Shown here: positions 63,454 to 64,000 of the stretch, piece by piece | Layout of the letters: every line of letters starts with the position of its first letter | How positions within the stretch are numbered: position 1 is the stretch's first letter | Origin: Candidatus Fermentibacteraceae bacterium | GTDB lineage: Bacteria; Fermentibacterota; Fermentibacteria; Fermentibacterales; JCC-6 | Assembly: GCA_016936235.1 (NCBI GenBank) | Contig: JAFGPK010000020.1 | Coordinates: 8,413 to 72,412 of the forward strand | Direction: 5' to 3' | Length of the DNA stretch: 64,000 bases | Notes under the pieces: model-generated | Database searches by the model: none | The model's input: only the letters and a program-made list of their open reading frames with translations | What the model was told of the DNA's origin: nothing | Translations under genes and position numbers: made by a program

Positions 63454-64000
63454 GGGTTGCCTCCAAGATAGCTGTAGGTTCCTGTAACGCTTCCTGATAC
63501 GATGACTTCCACGGCCTCGCCGTTCTCGAAACTGATGCTCATCATGTTCCCCCTGACGGTGTTCATCTCATCCCTCTGCGCGGCATCACCTCCCGACTTC
63601 ATCCTCAGAAGCGCCGCGCCGGCGAGCATCACCGAATCCGGATCGCCGTCCTGGAACTCGAAGAAGGCGCTTTCGGAGGAAAACCAGGTCTCCGCCGGAG
63701 GATCCTGATCCCTGTCGAGAAAATATCCGGCGGCGTCCCCCTCGATCCTCACCCGGCTTGGATCGCCAGAGTCATCCAGCAGGATCTCCATCCAGTCTCC
63801 CGAGAGCTCACTGCCCTCTGATTCAAGTACAGGTGAGCCGAACAGTTCGAACCTCTCCTCATCGCCGAAATACCTCAGGTATTCCGACGTTGACCTGAAA
63901 TCCCTGGCCGGCATCAGTACGGTGGCGTTTCCCTGTGCTTCGGCGGAGTTGTCCTCGGGGAAGAACTCAAGCCTGTCAGCCGTCACCGTGAGGCTGTCAC
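63450..64000 (-). CDS. lptA: LptA/OstA-like periplasmic LPS transport protein (5' end outside window)
   Basis: The frame stays open to the window edge (the listed start at 63986 is an internal GTG). OstA-like pattern ADRLEFF...AQGNATV. 4-nt overlap with lptB. Confidence 0.6.
   Translation of the reverse strand, partial: DSLTVTADRLEFFPEDNSAEAQGNATVLMPARDFRSTSEYLRYFGDEERFELFGSPVLESEGSELSGDWMEILLDDSGDPSRVRIEGDAAGYFLDRDQDPPAETWFSSESAFFEFQDGDPDSVMLAGAALLRMKSGGDAAQRDEMNTVRGNMMSISFENGEAVEVIVSGSVTGTYSYLGGNP

Overview
This is a GC-rich, very gene-dense bacterial chromosomal segment. It holds about 60 protein genes on both strands, many with 1-14 nt start/stop overlaps. By eye I found no rRNA, tRNA, CRISPR array, transposase or integrase. 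LptA/LptB/RpoN, beta-barrel outer-membrane candidates and two secreted enzymes with Por/T9SS-type C-terminal sorting domains suggest a diderm, possibly FCB-superphylum-like uncultivated lineage (inference only). Core genes: pyrB-pyrI, queH-ruvB-ruvA-ruvC-yebC, hutU, a hydG-like gene with mrp, cysC, purC, a parE/parC-type topoisomerase pair, an acyl-CoA synthetase, tldD-pmbA, a long minus-strand string (DAHP synthase, pfk, gap, pgk, tpiA), ruvX-mltG, alaS and lptA-lptB-rpoN. The most interesting accessory content is: (i) a kinase homologue without its phospho-acceptor His, translationally coupled to three paralogous zinc-ribbon proteins of unknown family (4243-8153); (ii) an Spt-like alpha-oxoamine synthase flanked by a GNAT-like acyltransferase and an SDR reductase, which is the gene set of bacterial ceramide (or sulfonolipid) synthesis, next to a CPBP-like / HxxxDG acyltransferase / zinc-ribbon polytopic membrane operon (54445-60464); (iii) an adenylating ligase fused to an AroQ chorismate-mutase-like domain, directly upstream of a DAHP synthase that has no regulatory domain; (iv) an SPFH protein with three C-terminal zinc ribbons and a helical partner; (v) more zinc-ribbon membrane proteins beside a GT-C glycosyltransferase. 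All functional calls come from motif recognition by eye on the supplied translations. No database or profile search was possible.
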